Part shown: one piece after another, positions 1 through 10,715 of the stretch
Layout: each line of letters begins with the position of its first letter
Numbering within the stretch: position 1 is the first letter of the stretch
Assembly: GCA_910584095.1 (NCBI GenBank)
Contig: CAJTYU010000014.1
Span: 8,710-72,709 of the forward strand
Direction of reading: 5' to 3'
Source: an uncultured Dorea sp.
Lineage (GTDB): Bacteria; Bacillota; Clostridia; Lachnospirales; Lachnospiraceae
DNA: 64,000 nucleotides
The notes under the pieces: model-generated
Databases searched by the model: none
What the model was told of the DNA's origin: nothing
What the model saw: only the letters and a program-made list of their open reading frames with translations
Made by a program: the position numbers and the translations under genes

Positions 1-128
1 GCCAGAGCCGTCCCTTCTGTGTTCAGATAATAAACCTGTATATCGCCTGTCTCCTCCTTCTGCATGCATCCTGCCGCCGAAAAACAGCAAATAACAAACA
101 GGAAAAAGATACTGACATAAGCTTTCAT
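1..128 (-). CDS. Lipoprotein, probably GerMN-domain (partial, runs off window start)
   Basis: Hand translation from ATG at 128 with a GGAGGG RBS: MKAYVSIFFLFVICCFSAAGC-MQKEETGDIQVYYLN; lipobox-like AAGC. GerMN is inferred from position after the RR-HK pair. Confidence 0.55.
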   Translation of the reverse strand, partial: MKAYVSIFFLFVICCFSAAGCMQKEETGDIQVYYLNTEGTAL

Positions 129-179
129 AGCAATCCCTCCATTTATAGCATATTGCCCTTGCATGAATCCAATACAGCT

Positions 180-1646
180 TTAGCCTGCATAGGTAATCGG
201 AATTCTCACGGAAAAAGTAGTTCCCTCGCCGGGCTGACTGAACACCTTAATAGCTCCTCTGTGCATTACCACCACATTTCTCGCAATGGAAAGTCCAAGT
301 CCGGTACCTCCGATTTCACGGGAATGAGATTTATCTACCCGGTAAAATCTCTCAAAAATATGCTCAGTCTCTTCTTCCGGAATACCGATTCCTGAATCCG
401 CAATCTCAATATAAAAATATTTGTGGTCCGCATTCAGGGATACATGGACCCAGCCTTTTTCATTATTATACTTTATCGCATTTTCCACCAGATTTGTCAC
501 CGCCAGAGACAGCTTCACCTCATCAATTTCTGCAGTTACCGGCCTGAAACTCTCATATACCACTTCTATATCAGCATCCGCCGCAAGAGGCTGCAGCCGT
601 TTCAGTATCCGTTCAATAACCTCATTGATATTCTCCGACTTAATATTCATATCCGCCGCAGTCTTGTCCATTTTCACCAAGGCCAGAAGATCATTGATAA
701 TCTTATTCTCACGCTCAATCTCCTCCGACAGATCTCCCATAAATTCCCGATACAGCTCAACCGGCGCATCTTTCTGCATAAGAATAGAATCTGACAGTAC
801 CTTCATGGAGGTCAGGGGCGTTTTCAATTCATGAGATACATTAGACACAAATTCCTGTCTGGATTCATCCAAGCTCTTCAATCTGCCCAGCATCTTATTA
901 AATGCATCTGAAATCAGCCCTGTTTCTTCGTAAGTGTATACATGCAGATAATCCGTATTATACCCGTCAGTCAAGTCTCCAATGGATTTAGTAATTTTCG
1001 CAAAGGGACGCACCATAACTGTTCCCAGAAAAATTGCCGCCGCCATGACCACCAGAATAATAATCAATTCCGTAATATTTGCCTTCTTTCCAAGCAGCGC
1101 CTTAGTCGCTGCAATCGTATCTGTTGAAACGCTCACCAGCATCACGCCGAGAATCTGTTCCTCATCTTCTGTCTTTATAGGCGCGGCAACTTCTATAAAG
1201 CGGTTCTTTCCGTCATACCTGCTGACTACCTCTCCTCTGAAACTGTTCATTACATCCTCTGATACGATAGTCTTGCCCTTTTCCAGACTATAGGTATCCT
1301 CTACAACGCAAAAATCATCGTTAACCACCATAATCCGCCCATTATAAATGTTCGATAGCTGAATTAATTCTGACTGAATAATCTCAGAAACCCCATTTTC
1401 CAAGTAATGGGAACTGCTAAGCTGATTACATAGAATCGTACATTGATTTTGTATCTCTGCAGTCCGTACGTCAACTGCCCTCTTCTCATAACTTTCAAGA
1501 ACCATTGCTTTCATCACCACGCATGGAATAATGCCCACCAGCATTAAAAGCAGTATGATGTAAAAGCGCAGGCTCTTGAAAAACTTAAATTTGATATACC
1601 GTCTAACCCCTAAAATAATAACCAACTCCCCACTTTGTATAGACAT
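180..1646 (-). CDS. Sensor histidine kinase (HAMP-HisKA-HATPase)
   Basis: H-box NVSHELKTPL, N-box NLVENAIKY, G-boxes DSGIGI and GGTGLGL, two TM segments. True start is probably ~1625. Confidence 0.95.
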   Translation of the reverse strand: MSIQSGELVIILGVRRYIKFKFFKSLRFYIILLLMLVGIIPCVVMKAMVLESYEKRAVDVRTAEIQNQCTILCNQLSSSHYLENGVSEIIQSELIQLSNIYNGRIMVVNDDFCVVEDTYSLEKGKTIVSEDVMNSFRGEVVSRYDGKNRFIEVAAPIKTEDEEQILGVMLVSVSTDTIAATKALLGKKANITELIIILVVMAAAIFLGTVMVRPFAKITKSIGDLTDGYNTDYLHVYTYEETGLISDAFNKMLGRLKSLDESRQEFVSNVSHELKTPLTSMKVLSDSILMQKDAPVELYREFMGDLSEEIERENKIINDLLALVKMDKTAADMNIKSENINEVIERILKRLQPLAADADIEVVYESFRPVTAEIDEVKLSLAVTNLVENAIKYNNEKGWVHVSLNADHKYFYIEIADSGIGIPEEETEHIFERFYRVDKSHSREIGGTGLGLSIARNVVVMHRGAIKVFSQPGEGTTFSVRIPITYAG

Positions 1647-2292
1647 ACTTCGGATCGCTTGGATGCTGTTCTATCTTCTCTCTGAGCCTGCGGATATGTA
1701 CATCCACTGTTCTGGCATCTCCGGGATATTCATACCCCCATACAATATTCAAAAGATTCTCCCTGCTGTATACCTTATTCGGATTCATAGCAAGAAGCTC
1801 TAACAGGTCAAATTCCTTTGCCGTAAGATTCACTTCCTTTTCTCCGACAAAGACCCGCCTGCTCTCGCAGTCAATCTTCATACTTCCCTTCTGGATCACC
1901 CGGCCGCTTCCGCTTCCTGCTGTCTTTCTGCCAACCCTGCGCATAATCGCCTTGATCCTTGCCTTTACTTCTAAAATATTGAAAGGTTTTGTTATGTAAT
2001 CATCCGCGCCGTATTCCAGACCCAGAATCTTATCCATATCCTCTCCCTTTGCCGTCAGCATAATAATCGGGACATCCGAATACTCACGAATCTGCCTGCA
2101 CACCTCAAAACCTTCGATCTTTGGCAGCATAATATCCAGAAGAATCATATCATATTCATTCTCTCTGACAAGCTTCAGCGCCTCCTCACCGTCATAGGCA
2201 CAATCCACCCTCATATCATCCTGCTCCAAACTGAACCTGATTCCTTTTACAATCAGCTTCTCATCGTCCACAACCAAAACTCTCTTTCCCAT
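1603..2292 (-). CDS. OmpR/PhoB-family response regulator
   Basis: VVDDE, LLDIMLP, KPF receiver motifs; winged helix RTVDVHIRRLREKIE...GVGY. Confidence 0.95.
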   Translation of the reverse strand: MGKRVLVVDDEKLIVKGIRFSLEQDDMRVDCAYDGEEALKLVRENEYDMILLDIMLPKIEGFEVCRQIREYSDVPIIMLTAKGEDMDKILGLEYGADDYITKPFNILEVKARIKAIMRRVGRKTAGSGSGRVIQKGSMKIDCESRRVFVGEKEVNLTAKEFDLLELLAMNPNKVYSRENLLNIVWGYEYPGDARTVDVHIRRLREKIEQHPSDPKYVYTKWGVGYYFRG

Positions 2293-2300
2293 ATGTCCCC

Positions 2301-2978
2301 CTATATCACAATATCCTCTTTAATCTTTTCAAAGGTTCCTTCTTTTATTCCTTCTACCTGCATAAGCTCCTCAATACTCCCAAAGCCTCCGCTTACGTCC
2401 CGGTATTGAATGATTGCCTCCGCCTTTTTCTCCCCAATCCCGGTAAGAGTCATAAGTTCCTCTTTCCCGGCAGTATTCAAGTTCACTCTGCCGTCAGACG
2501 CTGACTGACCCCCGGCGTCATTTCCGCCGGAATCAAGCGTCCCCAGACCGTTCGTCTGAACCTCACCCGCCGATGGAATATAGATACGCTGCCCATCCGT
2601 CATCAGCTCCGCCTGATTCACATAATCCTCTGCCGCAGATTCCGACAGACCGCCCGCCGCTTCTATTGCCTGATAGATACGGCTGTCCGATGCAAGCTCG
2701 TATACCCCCGGAGCGGCTACCTCTCCGCAGACAAACACACAAATCTTTCCTTCCGATTTCTCATTTCCTCTAGAAACGTCTTTTCGGATATCTGAATCCT
2801 CCTCTGAAAGCTGCGGCTCTTCTAAGTCCGCATCCTCGTCTGTCTGTACCTGCTCGTCTGTCTGCATCCGAATCTCTTCCAGAACGTTATCGCTTTCCTT
2901 GCTGCAGCCTGTTATCACACAGACGGCCAGCGCTGCTGCCAAAACCAAGACCATCATTCTTTTTTTACTGTCCTGCAT
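2301..2978 (-). CDS. comEA: ComEA-family DNA-binding protein (SLBB + helix-hairpin-helix)
   Basis: VCGEVAAPGVYEL SLBB region; VNLNTA..LTGIGEKKAEAII..VEGI HhH; N-terminal lipoprotein-like signal. Confidence 0.9.
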   Translation of the reverse strand: MQDSKKRMMVLVLAAALAVCVITGCSKESDNVLEEIRMQTDEQVQTDEDADLEEPQLSEEDSDIRKDVSRGNEKSEGKICVFVCGEVAAPGVYELASDSRIYQAIEAAGGLSESAAEDYVNQAELMTDGQRIYIPSAGEVQTNGLGTLDSGGNDAGGQSASDGRVNLNTAGKEELMTLTGIGEKKAEAIIQYRDVSGGFGSIEELMQVEGIKEGTFEKIKEDIVI

Positions 2979-3043
2979 AAAATCCTCCTTTACAGCTGTC
3001 GATACTGTAAATGCCCTCCTTATGCCTAGACATAATTATTCTA

Positions 3044-3475
3044 CTATTTCCACTGGAAAATTGCAACTCCTATTAGCGCCAATACCATACCGCCTACTTT
3101 GCGCCATTCCAGCGGTTCCTTATCCACGCCAAACACTCCCAGCAGTTCTATCACATAAGCAACGATCAATTGGGAAATTACAATAAGCAGCGCCGCTTTA
3201 GCCGGGCCAAGCTGTTCCATACTCTTAATCACCGTCCATGTAATGCCGGCTCCAATCACTCCCCCAAGCAGCATATATTTAGGCTCCACCTTTGCAAGTT
3301 CCCCTATGGAATCTCTTCCGGCAAACAGCCATGCAGCCACGCACACCAAAAAGGCGCTGAACTGTACCCAGCCATTGCTGACCCACATGCCCGCCGTCTT
3401 TGTCACCTGTGTATTAAATACACCCTGAATACTCATTAATGCTCCCGATAATAACGCAATAAAAAAACCAATCAA
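3044..3475 (-). CDS. DMT-family (YdcZ/DUF606-like) membrane protein
   Basis: Hydrophobic protein with GALMSIQGVFN and LGGVIGA motifs; TTG start at 3475 after an AGGAGG RBS. Confidence 0.8.
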   Translation of the reverse strand: MIGFFIALLSGALMSIQGVFNTQVTKTAGMWVSNGWVQFSAFLVCVAAWLFAGRDSIGELAKVEPKYMLLGGVIGAGITWTVIKSMEQLGPAKAALLIVISQLIVAYVIELLGVFGVDKEPLEWRKVGGMVLALIGVAIFQWK

Positions 3476-3551
3476 TTCGATATACCTCCTTTTCTTTTCC
3501 GAAAATATCCTATATCCTAGTATATCCAATCATTGGTTTTTTAAGCTCATA

Positions 3552-4448
3552 TTATCTGGAGGAATACATTTCTTCTCCATCCCTTAAAATCGCCGTTCCA
3601 ATTCCTTTATTGGTAAATATCTCCAAAAGGAGACAGTGAGCGATCCGTCCGTCCAGAATATGTACTCTGGAAACCCCATTTTCAATTGCATCAATACAGT
3701 TGTTCAGCTTGGGAAGCATACCGCCGCCAATAAATCCATCCTCCATCAGCTTTTTTGCCTCGGAAATCTGCAGCTCAGAAATCAAGGTATTTGGATCCTT
3801 CGGATCTTTATAAACCCCTTCGATATCTGTAAGAAATGCAAGCTTCTCTGCATTCATAGCCCGGGCAATGGCGCAGGCCGCATCGTCTGCATTGATGTTG
3901 TAGGTGCCAAATTTCTCATCCATTCCCACCGGGCATACGATCGGAAGGAAATCCTTTTCCAGAAGATCCCACAAGATTTCTGCGTTTACTTCCTGAACTT
4001 CTCCCACAAAGCCGATATCTTCGCCGCCGGAATATTTCTTCGTAACTTTTAAAAGTCCGCCGTCCTTGCCGCTCACTCCGATCGCCCGGACGCCCAGTCC
4101 CTGGACAAGCTGGACAAGCTCCTTATTCACCTTGCCGAGCACCATTTCCGCAAGCTCCATAGTCGCCTCGTCCGTCACCCTGAGACCGTTAATGAATTTT
4201 GGCTCCATTCCCACCTTGCTGACCCACCGGCTGATTTCCTTACCCCCGCCGTGTACAATAATCGGCTTAAAACCAACCAGCTTCAAAAGGGTTACGTCCT
4301 CGATGACCTGCTTTTTCAGTTCTTCGTCTACCATAGCGCTGCCGCCATATTTGACAACAATCACCTTTCGGTTAAACCGCTGGATATAAGGAAGCGCCTC
4401 AATGAGCACCTCCGCTTTATCCAGATATTTCTGCATATTCTGATCCAT
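3552..4448 (-). CDS. argB: Acetylglutamate kinase
   Basis: [31 protein letters not shown]; arg operon context. Confidence 0.97.
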   Translation of the reverse strand: MDQNMQKYLDKAEVLIEALPYIQRFNRKVIVVKYGGSAMVDEELKKQVIEDVTLLKLVGFKPIIVHGGGKEISRWVSKVGMEPKFINGLRVTDEATMELAEMVLGKVNKELVQLVQGLGVRAIGVSGKDGGLLKVTKKYSGGEDIGFVGEVQEVNAEILWDLLEKDFLPIVCPVGMDEKFGTYNINADDAACAIARAMNAEKLAFLTDIEGVYKDPKDPNTLISELQISEAKKLMEDGFIGGGMLPKLNNCIDAIENGVSRVHILDGRIAHCLLLEIFTNKGIGTAILRDGEEMYSSR

Positions 4449-4462
4449 TTCTCTGCTCCTAT

Positions 4463-5686
4463 TTAACTTCTGTAATCTGCGTTGATATCAATATAGCCGT
4501 GCGTCAAATCACAGCCCCATGCCGCTGCCGTTTCACTGCCCTGCTTTATATCTGCAATAGCTGTAACTTCCGATTCAGAAAGGATTGCTGTCGCTTCCTC
4601 TTCACTGTAATCCACTGCTACGCCATTCTCGATAATCTGAATCTTTCCGGCTTTACTTTCAAAAAACAAATCTACTTTTTCCGGGTCAAACTCTGCGCCG
4701 GAATAACCCATAGCGCACAGAATCCTTCCCCAGTTTGCATCATGCCCCGCGATGGCTGTCTTAGTCAAATTGGAACATACGACTGCCTTTGCCAGAACCT
4801 TTGCCTGCTCTTTGGTATCTGCCCCGATCACTTTCGCCTCAAAAAGAGCTGTGGCGCCCTCTCCGTCCCCGGCAATCTTCTTCGCCAGATATTCATTGAC
4901 CACATGAAGCGCACGCTTAAATTCCTCGTAATCCTCCGTCCCGTATTCGACCGCCAGATTTTCCGCCATTCCGTTTGCCAGAACAAGCGCAGTATCGTTC
5001 GTGGACGTATCGCCGTCTACAGAAATCATATTATAGGTATCCGCTACGTCCTCACTGAGAGCCTTCTGCAGCGCCTCCTTTGTGATAACGGCGTCTGTTG
5101 TGATAAATGCGAGCATCGTACACATATTGGGATGGATCATGCCGGAGCCCTTCGCCATGCCTCCTATAGTTACTGTCTTCCCGCCGATCTGGATCGTTAC
5201 GGCAATCTCTTTCTCACAGGTATCCGTGGTCATAATCGCTTTTGCCGCTTCTGTTCCCTTCTCCAGAGAATCCTTTTTCTTCCCAGCCAGCGCTCCAATT
5301 CCAGCCTTCACTCTGTCGATGGGCAGCTGTTTTCCAATCACTCCGGTAGAACCAATCAAAACCCCCTCTGCATCCACAGACAAATGCTCCGCCGCCGCTT
5401 TTGCAGTCTCTTTGCAGTAGCCGAACCCTTCCGCTCCCGTACACGCATTCGCAATTCCAGAATTTACAATGACAGCCTGCGATTTCTTCCCACTATCCAC
5501 AATCTGCTTATCCCACTTCACAGGAGCCGCTTTTACCACGTTGGTTGTAAACGTTCCCGCCGTCTCGCAGGGCACCTGACTGTAAATCAACGCCATATCC
5601 GTACGGTCCTGATATTTGATTCCCGCCGCCGTACTGGCCGCTTCAAATCCCTTTGCCGCTGTTACGCCGCCTTTAATAATTTCCAT
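4463..5686 (-). CDS. argJ: Ornithine acetyltransferase / N-acetylglutamate synthase
   Basis: [17 protein letters not shown] autoproteolysis site, [21 protein letters not shown]. Confidence 0.97.
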   Translation of the reverse strand: MEIIKGGVTAAKGFEAASTAAGIKYQDRTDMALIYSQVPCETAGTFTTNVVKAAPVKWDKQIVDSGKKSQAVIVNSGIANACTGAEGFGYCKETAKAAAEHLSVDAEGVLIGSTGVIGKQLPIDRVKAGIGALAGKKKDSLEKGTEAAKAIMTTDTCEKEIAVTIQIGGKTVTIGGMAKGSGMIHPNMCTMLAFITTDAVITKEALQKALSEDVADTYNMISVDGDTSTNDTALVLANGMAENLAVEYGTEDYEEFKRALHVVNEYLAKKIAGDGEGATALFEAKVIGADTKEQAKVLAKAVVCSNLTKTAIAGHDANWGRILCAMGYSGAEFDPEKVDLFFESKAGKIQIIENGVAVDYSEEEATAILSESEVTAIADIKQGSETAAAWGCDLTHGYIDINADYRS

Positions 5687-5708
5687 CTCCAATCTCCGCC
5701 TTTCTTCT

Positions 5709-6155
5709 CTACTGCTCGTTAAATGCTGTAATATTCTCCTCATTCAATGTAAAATCATAGTAATTCAAATCCATTCTTCTAGTCCATCCGATCGTATTCC
5801 AAAAAGCGTTCCCCACATCGTTTCTGGTAAATGCAATCAGGCATACCTTATTAATGTGCTCCTCCTTTAACGCCTCCATGGAAGCAACGACCATCGTCCT
5901 GCCGATACCTTTTCTGCGGTATGCGGCGTCAACGCATACATGGTAAAAACACCCTCGTCTTCCGTCGTGTCCGCAGAGAATACTGCCAACGATCTTTCCG
6001 TCCTCTACAGCCACAACGCTGGTAGCAGGATTCCGTTTCAAAAACCGCTCCACTCCTTCTCTGGAATCATCAATACTCCGAATCCCGAAACCCCGGATTT
6101 TCTTCCACAGGGCATACACCTCATCATAGTCCTCCATCGTCATTACTCGAATCAT
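5709..6155 (-). CDS. GNAT N-acetyltransferase (YpeA-like) inside the arg operon
   Basis: GHDGRRG motif and acetyl-CoA motif YRRKGIG. Confidence 0.85.
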   Translation of the reverse strand: MIRVMTMEDYDEVYALWKKIRGFGIRSIDDSREGVERFLKRNPATSVVAVEDGKIVGSILCGHDGRRGCFYHVCVDAAYRRKGIGRTMVVASMEALKEEHINKVCLIAFTRNDVGNAFWNTIGWTRRMDLNYYDFTLNEENITAFNEQ

Positions 6156-6180
6156 AGATACCTCTTTTCAAGAATCTTTT

Positions 6181-7221
6181 CTAAGGGAACATTGGAACCA
6201 GATTCAGTCCTTCCGACTCATCCAGTCCAAACATCAGGTTCATATTCTGCACCGCCTGTCCGGCCGCGCCCTTTACCAGATTATCAATCGCGCCCATCAT
6301 AATGATACGATTTGTACGCGGATCAATCTTAAAGTTTATATCCACATAGTTGCTTCCTTCCACCCATTTGGTCTCTGGCAGAACGCCCTCATCCAAAACC
6401 CGGACAAATTTCTCTTTCTGGTAATATTTATCATAAATCTCTTTCACATAAGACCAGCTTACATCCTTTTTCAGCGACGCATATTCCGTAGCCAGAATGC
6501 CGCGGTTCATAGGAACCAGATGCGGCGTAAAATTAATCACAACTTTTTCGCCAGAAGCATACCCTAACTGCTCCTCAATCTCCGGAGTATGTCTGTGGGA
6601 AGTTACGCCATACGCCTTCATATTCTCATTTACCTCGCAGAACAGATTCGGCAGCTTCGCTCCTCTGCCCGCTCCGGAAGTGCCGGACTTAGCGTCCACG
6701 ATCAGCGTACTCATATCAATAATGCCTTCCTTTGCCAGCGGATAGGCTGTCAGAATGGAACAGGTAGTATAACAGCCGGGATTTGCAACCAGCCGGGCCC
6801 GCCTTACATCCTCTCTGTTAATCTCGCACAGACCGTAAACCGCTTCCTCTATATACCGAGGACTCTTGTGTTCAATGCCGTACCATTTCTCATAGACGGA
6901 CACGTCCTTAATACGGAAATCCGCGCTCAAATCTATAATCTTTGTCTCAGATAAAATAGCCTCATTTACCAGAGATGCACACAGTCCCTGAGGCGTAGCC
7001 GTAAAAATCACATCTGCCCGCCTTGCCAGTTCTTCCATATTGTCATCCATACATTTCGCATCTACAATCTGAAACATGTTCTGATAAACATCCGCATATC
7101 TCTGATCTACATAGCTTCTCGATCCATACCAAACAATCTCCGCTTCTTTATGACCTGTAAGAATCCGCACCAGTTCGCCTCCCGCATAACCGGTGGAACC
7201 AATAATACCAACTTTAATCAT
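6181..7221 (-). CDS. argC: N-acetyl-gamma-glutamyl-phosphate reductase
   Basis: GSTGYAG, DLSADFR, ANPGCY, SGTSGAG, HRHTPEI, DNLVKGAAGQA. Confidence 0.97.
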   Translation of the reverse strand: MIKVGIIGSTGYAGGELVRILTGHKEAEIVWYGSRSYVDQRYADVYQNMFQIVDAKCMDDNMEELARRADVIFTATPQGLCASLVNEAILSETKIIDLSADFRIKDVSVYEKWYGIEHKSPRYIEEAVYGLCEINREDVRRARLVANPGCYTTCSILTAYPLAKEGIIDMSTLIVDAKSGTSGAGRGAKLPNLFCEVNENMKAYGVTSHRHTPEIEEQLGYASGEKVVINFTPHLVPMNRGILATEYASLKKDVSWSYVKEIYDKYYQKEKFVRVLDEGVLPETKWVEGSNYVDINFKIDPRTNRIIMMGAIDNLVKGAAGQAVQNMNLMFGLDESEGLNLVPMFP

Positions 7222-7404
7222 TTTTATCTTTCCTTTCTTTACCTATTATAAAGAATATCACGATTAGTTTATACTACTTTCAAATGTATGTAAAGCATTC
7301 TTTCAAATTTGTCCGCGAACCTGCAGCGGCTCGTTACTATTCACGGCCTAAGAGGCCGCTCACAGCAACAATTTGGACTCCCTTTCCGCGCTCATATTCC
7401 CTAT

Positions 7405-7590
7405 GACGCATAATTATACATTACTTATGAATATTATGCAAGAATTTTTTTATTTTATATTGGCAGTCCTGTATTTCTTAGAAATTATATGCATTTCACT
7501 TGCATAAATACCTATTTATATGCATTTTATATACATAATATACAATTATATTTCATTCTCTCATTTCTTGTTGCATATTTATAAAATTTA
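7405..7590. promoter_or_regulatory. Cluster of imperfect ArgR (ARG-box)-like sites in the divergent argC/argG intergenic region
   Basis: Several TGCAT/TGAAT...ATGCA/ATACA half-site pairs, e.g. cgcataattataca, tgaatattatgca, tgcatatttataaa; matches are imperfect. Confidence 0.5.
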
Positions 7591-7752
7591 GTGTATAGTA
7601 GTGTTTGCGTAAATACAGAACACACCCTCAGCGGACAAAGACACACTCCCCTTGAGGGTACCATAGTCAAATACCCCCGCATCAGCCGCCAAATATCCTT
7701 GCATCCATGGCTGCTTCGAGGGAATAAAAACATAAGTCTGGAGGAATTTATA

Positions 7753-8976
7753 ATGAAAGAAAAAGTTGTTCTCGCTTATTCAGGAGGTCTTGACACCACT
7801 GCTATCATACCTTGGCTGAAAGAGAATTTTAACTATGAAGTTATCTGCTGCTGCATTGACTGCGGACAAGGCGAAGAACTGGATGGTTTGGAGGAGCGCG
7901 CCAAATTGTCCGGCGCTTCTAAATTATATATAGAAGATATTGTTGATGATTTTTGCGATAATTACATTGTACCATGCGTTCAGGGACATGCCGTTTATGA
8001 AAACAAATATCTTCTGGGCACCTCTATGGCTCGTCCGGCTATTGCAAAAAGGCTGGTTGAAATCGCCAGAAAGGAAGGCGCTTGCGCCGTCTGCCACGGC
8101 GCGACTGGAAAAGGTAACGATCAAATCCGGTTTGAGCTTGGCATCAAGGCTCTCGCACCGGATCTTAAGATTATCGCGCCATGGAGAATGACCGACGTGT
8201 GGACCATGCAGTCCCGCGAAGATGAGATTGAATACTGCAAGGCGCATGGCATCAATCTTCCCTTTGACGCCAGCCACAGCTACAGCCGCGACCGTAACCT
8301 GTGGCACATCAGCCATGAGGGCTTAGAGCTTGAAGATCCGTCCTGCGAACCAAACTATGACCATCTTTTAGTTCTCGGCGTCACTCCGGAAAAGGCTCCG
8401 GACGAACCGGAATATGTAACTATGACCTTTGAAAAAGGCGTCCCAAAAAGCGTAAACGGACAGGAAATGAAGGTATCTGACATAATCCGCAAGTTAAATG
8501 AACTTGGCGGCAGGCACGGCGTCGGTATTATTGATATTGTAGAAAACCGTGTTGTCGGCATGAAATCCCGGGGCGTATATGAAACCCCTGGCGGAACCAT
8601 TCTCTACGAGGCTCATCAGCAGTTAGAAGAACTGGTATTGGACCGCGCAACCTACGAAGTAAAAGAAGAGATGGGCAATAAACTGTCTCAGATCGTATAC
8701 GAAGGCAAATGGTTCACGCCACTGCGCGAAGCTGTGCAGGCATTTATCGAAAGCACGCAGGAATATGTGACCGGCGAAGTCAAGTTCAAGCTCTACAAGG
8801 GCAATATTATCAAAGCCGGAACCACTTCCCCCTATTCACTATACAGTGAATCCCTTGCAAGCTTCACTACCGGGGATTTATACGATCATCATGACGCAGA
8901 CGGATTCATTAATCTGTTCGGACTTCCTTTGAAGGTCCGCGCTATGGTAATGCAGGAAAAAGAAGCGGACAAATAA
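7753..8976 (+). CDS. argG: Argininosuccinate synthase
   Basis: VLAYSGGLDT, HGATGKGNDQ, GMKSRGVYETPGG; ATG at 7753 after GGAGG. Confidence 0.97.
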   Translation: MKEKVVLAYSGGLDTTAIIPWLKENFNYEVICCCIDCGQGEELDGLEERAKLSGASKLYIEDIVDDFCDNYIVPCVQGHAVYENKYLLGTSMARPAIAKRLVEIARKEGACAVCHGATGKGNDQIRFELGIKALAPDLKIIAPWRMTDVWTMQSREDEIEYCKAHGINLPFDASHSYSRDRNLWHISHEGLELEDPSCEPNYDHLLVLGVTPEKAPDEPEYVTMTFEKGVPKSVNGQEMKVSDIIRKLNELGGRHGVGIIDIVENRVVGMKSRGVYETPGGTILYEAHQQLEELVLDRATYEVKEEMGNKLSQIVYEGKWFTPLREAVQAFIESTQEYVTGEVKFKLYKGNIIKAGTTSPYSLYSESLASFTTGDLYDHHDADGFINLFGLPLKVRAMVMQEKEADK

Positions 8977-9004
8977 TTCTTGTTCAGGCAAAGTTTATTC
9001 AGGC

Positions 9005-9043
9005 GTAAAAGAATGCTGCAAATGAATCGCAGCATTCTTTTAC
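9005..9043. terminator. Intrinsic terminator after argG (likely bidirectional)
   Basis: gtaaaagaatgctgc ... gcagcattcttttac inverted repeat. Confidence 0.85.
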
Positions 9044-9133
9044 TATTTCTTTCATATTATCAGAACAGTCGCATATATATAGCATACAATCTATTTTTTC
9101 CATGAAATATCACATTTCTCAGGAGGTTGCAAC

Positions 9134-9847
9134 ATGGTTCCTGTTATCGGTATTGCAAGCTGCGGCTTCACAGAAGATAAACAATTTGTCAGCCAGCCTT
9201 ATATCCATGCCATTGAAAGTTCAGGCGGACTTCCCATCATTCTTCCCTGCATGGAAAAAAAACCGGCGCTTTCTTCCCTTAAGTTCTGCGATGCGTTTCT
9301 CTTCTGCGGCGGCGACGACATCACTCCGGCGCTTATGGACGAAGAACCGTCGCCTTTGAACGGAATGACTGATTTAAAAACGGATTCCTTTCACTTAGAA
9401 CTTGTCCAGACGGTTCTTGCCTCCCGCAAGCCGCTGCTTGCCATCTGCCGGGGAATGCAGGTATTAAATATCGCCATGGGCGGCAGCATTTATCAGGATG
9501 CATCCCTGTACCCACAAAACCATATCGGCCATATACAGCATTCTATAAAACGCAGCGACATTTCCCACAAGGTTTCCTTTAAAAAACCTAGCATGCTATA
9601 CAATATTTTTAATGAATACACCTTTACCAATAGCTTTCATCACCAGTATATCAAACATCCAGCCCCTCATCTTACTCCAGTAGGACACACCTCCGATCAG
9701 GTAATTGAAGCTTTAGAGTCTGATGATCATCCCTTTTTAATCGGAGTACAATGGCATCCGGAATGTATGTATGATACTTCCTCCAAAATGAGAGAGCTTT
9801 TTCGCCGTTTTATCCAAATCTCTGCAGCAGAATCCAAGCGCCGCTAA
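9134..9847 (+). CDS. Peptidase C26 / gamma-glutamyl-gamma-aminobutyrate hydrolase family (class I glutamine amidotransferase)
   Basis: GGDD, AICRGMQ nucleophile Cys, NSFHHQ, GVQWHPE. Confidence 0.9.
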   Translation: MVPVIGIASCGFTEDKQFVSQPYIHAIESSGGLPIILPCMEKKPALSSLKFCDAFLFCGGDDITPALMDEEPSPLNGMTDLKTDSFHLELVQTVLASRKPLLAICRGMQVLNIAMGGSIYQDASLYPQNHIGHIQHSIKRSDISHKVSFKKPSMLYNIFNEYTFTNSFHHQYIKHPAPHLTPVGHTSDQVIEALESDDHPFLIGVQWHPECMYDTSSKMRELFRRFIQISAAESKRR

Positions 9848-10009
9848 AAATACCAAAATCAAAAAAGCCGTTTTCTATCCTTTCATTTTCTGGAAATATA
9901 TACCTCAATTCCAAAATTACTTCCGTACATAGTTTCTGCATTCATCTGACATACTATTCTCTGTACAGCAAAAAATTAATTTTGCCACATTATGAAAGGA
10001 GGATTTCCC

Positions 10010-10192
10010 ATGTCAGAAATATCAGTATTGGATCTTCAGAATCTTCGTCACTTAATTGGAGGTTATGATAACAGTCATTGTAAAATGACTGAATATGCAA
10101 GTCAGTGCAAGGATCCTGAAATCAAAAAATTATTTACGGATGCAGCCAACTCAGCAATGAAAAACAAGCAGGATCTTATGAAATTCTTATAA
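10010..10192 (+). CDS. Small spore-coat-associated protein (CotF-like pair, partner 1)
   Basis: AGGAGG RBS; YASQCKDPEIKKLF helix typical of coat-F/ferritin-like partners. Confidence 0.65.
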   Translation: MSEISVLDLQNLRHLIGGYDNSHCKMTEYASQCKDPEIKKLFTDAANSAMKNKQDLMKFL

Positions 10193-10214
10193 AAAGCGTA
10201 CAGGAGGTAACGTC

Positions 10215-10475
10215 ATGTTAAGTGAAAAGACAATGGTTGTGGACGCCCTGAACGGAGTTAACGGCGAACTCTCCCGTTTTGGGGAAATGATTCCGCAGAC
10301 TGAAAACAAAGAACTAAAGCAGTGTTTAAAGCAGATTCGTAACGAATGTGAAATGTCACAGGAAAAATTATATCAGACAGCCCGCGAAAAGAGCTATTAT
10401 GTGCCGGCAGAAATTGCGTCCCGCAAAGAGATTGACCATGTAAAATCTGTCATTACCCAATTGTCAATGAAATAG
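10215..10475 (+). CDS. Spore coat protein (Coat F domain)
   Basis: ENKELKQCLKQIRN..SQEKLY...KSYYVPA pattern; AGGAGG RBS. Confidence 0.7.
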   Translation: MLSEKTMVVDALNGVNGELSRFGEMIPQTENKELKQCLKQIRNECEMSQEKLYQTAREKSYYVPAEIASRKEIDHVKSVITQLSMK

Positions 10476-10715
10476 TAAAATCTACACTTCCCATACTGCC
10501 CTGCCAGATATCCGTCCGGTGGGGCAATATGCGCGGACAAATACTGTTTTACATACAGAAATGAATAAACACATCCACATTCATTCATATTTCTTGTTAA
10601 AATTCACAAAATTAGTGATTTTTCAATTTTATTATGCAAGAAACAATTGACGATTTTTCAATTTATGGTAAAATAATACACGTTGAGTAAAATAAGTATT
10701 GGAGGATGCATAAAA

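Noticed and set aside
4499..5722. 407-aa plus-strand ORF
   Set aside because: Antisense shadow of argJ with no recognisable motifs.
7591..7752. N-terminal extension of ArgG
   Set aside because: GGAGG precedes ATG 7753 and the family starts at MKEKVVLAYSGG.
10594..10613. CodY- or Rex-like site before the aminotransferase
   Set aside because: Three mismatches to the CodY box and wrong spacing for Rex in very AT-rich DNA; could be chance.
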